A DNA stretch of 64,000 bases. It comes from Lepidodermella squamata (taxonomy: Eukaryota; Animalia; Gastrotricha). This document shows, one piece after another, positions 62,346 to 64,000 of the stretch. How positions within the stretch are numbered: the first letter of the stretch is position 1; each line of letters begins with the position of its first letter. The notes beneath the pieces are model-generated. The model saw only the letters and a list, made by a program, of their open reading frames with translations. It was not told where the DNA came from and did no database searches. The stretch covers positions 434,001 through 498,000 of the forward strand of contig JBLDXI010000007.1 in NCBI GenBank assembly GCA_047495785.1, read 5' to 3'. The position numbers and the translations under genes were made by a program.

Positions 62346-64000
62346 TCACAAGGTATCTATTCTGCAGTAGTTGTCATTGCGCTTGAAAACATTCAAAAAT
62401 CCGCATTTCGCAATGTGATTATTCGATACAAATGGCCGAGGCACGCCCGCATTTCCTTCGCACTGACTGGCTTGGCTAATGTCAGATTCCCATTTGTTGT
62501 CGACGAAACTTTTGACTTCAAACCAGCCGTTGTCAGTCTTCGAACAATCCATGTTAACATCGATCATCCAATAGTGGTCACCTGAAAATAGTAACAACAT
62601 TAAATCCGGAGATTCACCAATAATTTTGACTTCTTACCGAAAGAATTGAAAGAATTGTACGACGAACTGCTCTTCGAACTTGTCGTCCAAACCATAGGCG
62701 AACCTTGAGCTTGCTTACCCTGGTAAGAGCCTTGATTTTGCTCAGCACCATTCCAGTCCAGGTAGTTATCGCCTTTCGACCAAGCATTGTAGGCAGCGTA
62801 ATTTGCCGATGAATAAGTAACATGATCGTATCGAATTGGAATGAAGCAATCGCTCGGCGAGGATTTACAGCTTGGGCGACGATTGCTGCTAACTCCACCA
62901 CGCAAGAACAAGTCTTGGCCAATCGTGCTCTGGAAGTAGACGAAAACCACAGTCCGGCGGTATTCACCAGTTGCAGGTGGGGGCGCAATGATCGCTGGCG
63001 TCGTCCCAGCATTACCGCCCTCATTTCCACCACTTCCGGAATCGCCGATCTTGCTTTCTGAAAAAATAACGAAATGGTTCCAAGTTTTATATTTTCATGA
63101 ATCAGAATCTACCGGCGTGAATGGCGATCATTGGCTCTTCGGCGGAGTTGGAGATTGAGATCGAAGCCCTGCCGTCTGATCCAACAGTAATGCTATGCCC
63201 GGTACAGCTCTTGCCATCAGCGCTACGGTCGCCAGAAATAACGTCGCAGTAACGACCGGCTGGAAGACCAGTTTGAAGGGTTTGCTGTAATTGCCTGCTT
63301 CCTGAGTTGATCGCGAAGAAAGCCTTGTTTCCACGAGAGAAAGCAATCTGGTTGTCGCCATCGTCCCACCAGTTGTTGACGCCATTACTGCCAACGACGT
63401 TGCGAAATTTCGCCATGTTGGTGATGGGACGCCAACGGTGTTCGCAAACCCAGTCATTGCCGCAGGAGCCATCAGCGTTGATAGTCACAGGCTTCGTGTT
63501 GTAATTGCCATCTGAGGGTGGGCCGACCCAGTCGTTTTGGTCTTTGCCGTTCTGGAAATTGCGATTCCAGCGGTAAGAACTCATGACGCGAGCTTGTCCG
63601 TAAGGCCAGGCGAGCATGTAAGTTACTGCCATTTTGTATTGACGGGGCTTGAAAAAGTTGAGGATCTCACCGCCACCTCCATGGCCTCGTTGATTGTCGT
63701 GATTATCAATAAAGACCAGAGCCGCATTGTCCGGCATCAAATAGCCTGTGGGGAGAAAAACATTTCAATAGAGATCAAAATTTCATAGATTGTCTTACCC
63801 CATCCCTGGCCGAACGTCTTGAGATTTTTCAGTTGTCCCTTTCCGTTGAAATATTCGCTCAAATATTTTCCATAGTTGAACTCGGTAACACGAGCAAAGC
63901 TGTAATATTCCGATGATTTGATTGGCTCGCCGCCAAGATCAATTACTTCCTGGTAGATGAAGGCCTTTGAGTTGGGCTGGAAGCCTTGATCAGTTGGCAG
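62346..64000 (-). CDS. Alpha-amylase copy 3 (5' part lies beyond the window), with extra C-terminal domain
   Basis: [28 protein letters not shown]; C-terminal domain as in copies 1 and 2. Confidence 0.93.

Overview
Eukaryotic DNA from a very compact invertebrate (bilaterian, possibly spiralian; taxon not determinable from this window). Introns are mostly 50-60 nt GT-AG and intergenic gaps are short. About 25 protein genes: CHD3/4 (Mi-2) 3' end, RING/TRAF-zinc-finger E3, CHMP6, ankyrin-SOCS box, quiver/Ly6, one H3/H4/H2B/H2A histone quartet, a divergent non-alpha nAChR-like subunit, eRF3, prag01-like, AKAP17A-like, TMCO1, an orphan single-pass membrane protein, MTP, USP37-like, TspanC8, COX6B, SLC41, LRRIQ3, a DUF4804 (MavL-like) protein, a BMP3/GDF10-like ligand and three tandem alpha-amylases, plus decayed transposon fragments. 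The most striking unexplained structure is at the histone 3' ends. All four genes carry an identical 40-nt block: the canonical stem-loop followed directly by a non-purine-rich, self-complementary 17-mer (GTTGTTGCAACAGTGTT) where a U7-type HDE is expected. Each also has a second hairpin of unrelated sequence upstream of that block. Other leads: an operon/trans-splicing-like layout, a cluster H2A ending in SQSQ, a BMP3-like ligand lacking the interchain cysteine, and an RRM-less AKAP17A. All gene identifications are by motif recall, not database search.
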